DNA from: Macrostomum lignano
Taxonomy: Eukaryota
Direction of reading: 5' to 3'
Assembly (NCBI GenBank): GCA_002269645.1
Contig: NIVC01002410.1
Span: 1 to 64,000 of the forward strand
Length of the DNA stretch: 64,000 nt
The notes beneath the pieces were generated by a model. It ran no database searches. It saw nothing but the letters and a program-made list of their open reading frames with translations, and was not told the DNA's origin. This document shows, in pieces, positions 61,591 through 64,000 of this stretch. Position numbers and translations under genes: made by a program. The first letter of the stretch is position 1; every line of letters begins with the position of its first letter.

Positions 61591-63109
61591 ACTCTCGAAA
61601 AATATTGATAACACTAAGTGCAAGCCAAAGCCAACGCAGATTATGTCAAATGCTTCTATCAGAGAACTATTCATTTGCAAAATAGTTGATTTCGTATTTA
61701 AACAGCGTGCGAAAGCGCTTCATCCTTCTTTGTCCGAGTCAATATTCGTGTTGTTGCTGTTACTATGCTTTTATACATTTGCCTTTTTTGTTGGAAAGAA
61801 TCTGATTCTGTCCTATATTTGTTATAGTTAGCGTTTCTACTGTTGAGTAAAACAAAAGCCGCCATTCAAACGCTGTTAGGCACTCAGTAGTTATTAATTA
61901 TTAACTGCATATATTGTTTCGTTCTGCCGAGTGCAGCTGCTGCGATGTTGTGCAGAGACAAAACAGAAAAATCAGTAAAAAATTGGTTTTATGAATGGCC
62001 TGCATCTTTTGCCTAATTAAGGCAATCAATTTTGTCTAACTTTCAGACTTTTTCATTGTCTTGCATATTTCAATTGAACTGAGTATTATTCAGACGGAGA
62101 ATCATGGACTCTTAGAAGCGTTTAAAGATACGCCTGACCTTCAAATATACAAGAATGTATAGGAGAATATACATCGGATAGTTCAGGCTAGGCCAGGGCT
62201 AGTGGCGCAAATTAGTGCCAGCTGTTTTTTTTCTAAATATATTTGGTTTCTTGCTGTAATAATTAGCTTAAATAATATATAAATATAATGTATGCAGTTA
62301 ATTAGGGTTAACTCTCAGCTTTGCTAAAGGTAATACAAGGGCTGTCCTAATCAGTTAGCGTATGCGCATGCATGCGTGTTTTTTTCAGTCACAGCCCCAC
62401 CCCCTTCTTCCTCTCCCACCCTATTAAAATATGGCATTCCATGTCGCTATGCACTTTTCTTAGTTGTCAGCAGCGCCTCCTCGCCGCCCCTGTTTATCAC
62501 CCGCCATTATTATGCTCGCGCTCGCGTGTGTCCTTGTGTTTTTTTATTTTTGGCCCAATTCGATTGGACTCGGACCAATCAGCGCCAGGAGTTCTCTTGG
62601 GCTGAGCTGCTACTGCCGCGAGCTTAAAGTCTAAGCTGACTTGTCGGACAGGACCTGCGCGCTCACACACACACACGCACACACACATCGCGCAAAATAG
62701 TCTACGTGAACTCTTCCCCGACCGACTCCTCTCTCCTTCTCTCCTCGGTACAGGCGCACTTGAGTACTTGGGTGGCGGCAGGCAGCCGTGCAGAACTGAT
62801 GATGACGCCAATGGCTCGCAGTTTTAGATTAGCTTACTTTGTACTGCTGGACCTATTTTTGCCGCTCCTCCTTCCCTGATCCTGTTTACAATTTTTTTTT
62901 CGATCGCTAGACCACCTCTCCTTCCCTCCCCCTGTCCCCACTGCCAATGCGTACAGTTGCGATCGTTCTTACTCTCATGATTGCTACTATAATTACATTC
63001 CAAAGCAGTGTAGTTGTTTGGTAATAATTATAAATATTTTTTAATTATATATTATTCATTAAAGTCCTGGTTGGTTATATTTATTACATGAATAATAAGG
63101 CAACGAAGA

Positions 63110-63720
63110 CTATAGTTAAAAGTAAGTTAAGCGCCACAAAGACTATAGTTTAAATTAAGTAAGTTAAGCGCCACAAAGACTATAGTTTAAATTAAGTAAG
63201 TTAAGCGCCACAAAGACTATAGTTTAAATTAAGTAAGTTAAGCGCCACAAAGACTATAGTTTAAATTAAGTAAGTTAAGCGCCACAAAACTATAGTTTAA
63301 AGTAAGTTAAGCGCCACAAAGACTATAGTTTAAATTAAGTAAGTTAAGCGCCACAAAGACTATAGTTTAAATTAAGTAAGTTAAGCGCCACAAAGACTAT
63401 AGTTTAAATTAAGTAAGTTAAGCGCCACAAAACTATAGTTTAAAGTAAGTTAAGCGCCACAAAGACTATAGTTTAAATTAAGTAAGTTAAGCGCCACAAA
63501 GACTATAGTTTAAATTAAGTAAGTTAAGCGCCACAAAACTATAGTTTAAAGTAAGTTAAGCGCCACAAAGACTATAGTTTAAATTAAGTAAGTTAAGCGC
63601 CACAAAGACTATAGTTTAAATTAAGTAGGTTAAGCGCCACAAAGACTATAGTTTAAATTAAGTAAGTTAAGCGCCACAAAGACTATAGTTTAAATTAAGT
63701 CAGTTAAGCGCCACAAAGAC
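63110..63720. repeat. 37-bp minisatellite upstream of TOP3B
   Basis: Unit agtaagttaagcgccacaaagactatagtttaaatta. Confidence 0.96.
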
Positions 63721-63883
63721 TATTAGTTTAAGCAAAACAAAGACTAGTTTGAGATCGATTTAGCGCTTTAATAACAAAATAACAGACAGGTTTGGCGCCA
63801 TAGACTTAGACTTTGCTAATCGTATCCCATGCCATTTCCCGTTATTCATGCTCTAGGGTCGCTGCCGCGCACCAGGCAGAGCC

Positions 63884-64000
63884 ATGCGAACCGTATTGAT
63901 GGTATCGGAGAAGCCCTCGCTGGCTTCCAGCATATCCGAGATTCTATCCGGCCGACAGGCGCACAGTCGCAAAGGCTTTAACAATGCCTGCAGCGTGCAC
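63884..64000 (+). CDS. TOP3B: DNA topoisomerase III beta, N-terminal 39 codons (3'-partial)
   Basis: MRTVLMVSEKPSLASSISEILSGRQAHSRKGFNNACSVH matches the TOP3B start (MKTVLMVAEKPSLA.SI..ILS...KG..GACSVH). Context gccATG. Missed by the ORF track. Confidence 0.9.
   Translation, partial: MRTVLMVSEKPSLASSISEILSGRQAHSRKGFNNACSVH

Noticed and set aside
15203-64000. All five host genes on the + strand (operon?)
   Set aside because: Intergenic gaps of ~1.7-11 kb are long for a polycistronic unit, and five co-oriented genes is not improbable by chance.

Overview
Eukaryotic (animal) genomic DNA. The style (GC-rich, Ala/Gln-rich exons; AT-rich introns filled with minisatellites) suggests a Macrostomum-like flatworm, but that is inference only. 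Positions 1-~9203 are the right part of an AT-rich endogenous Polinton/Maverick (adintovirus-like) element. It carries a frameshifted L-type lectin gene, a 2-TM GasderminX-like gene, small ORFs, a protein-primed PolB broken by three single-base homopolymer deletions, two Gly-x-Gly-rich putative virion proteins and an ACTACT terminus. Scattered through it are ~30-bp GC-rich double-hairpin inserts whose stems differ in sequence but keep base-pairing, and two of them sit in-frame inside PolB; this is the most unusual signal in the window. The host part has decayed non-LTR retrotransposon fragments and five co-oriented + strand genes: lipoyl synthase (LIAS, 2 exons), an intronless secreted 8-Cys peptide precursor, cytosolic carboxypeptidase 1 (AGTPBP1/CCP1, 9 exons), SPOP (with a poly-Q exon lacking an ATG) and the first 39 codons of TOP3B. 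Ten of the 14 CCP1/SPOP introns contain their own minisatellite, which explains most of the long ORFs in the supplied track. There are also two tRNA-derived SINE families, several MITEs and two ~2.2-kb CpG deserts. Repeat boundaries are approximate, and all counts were made by eye.
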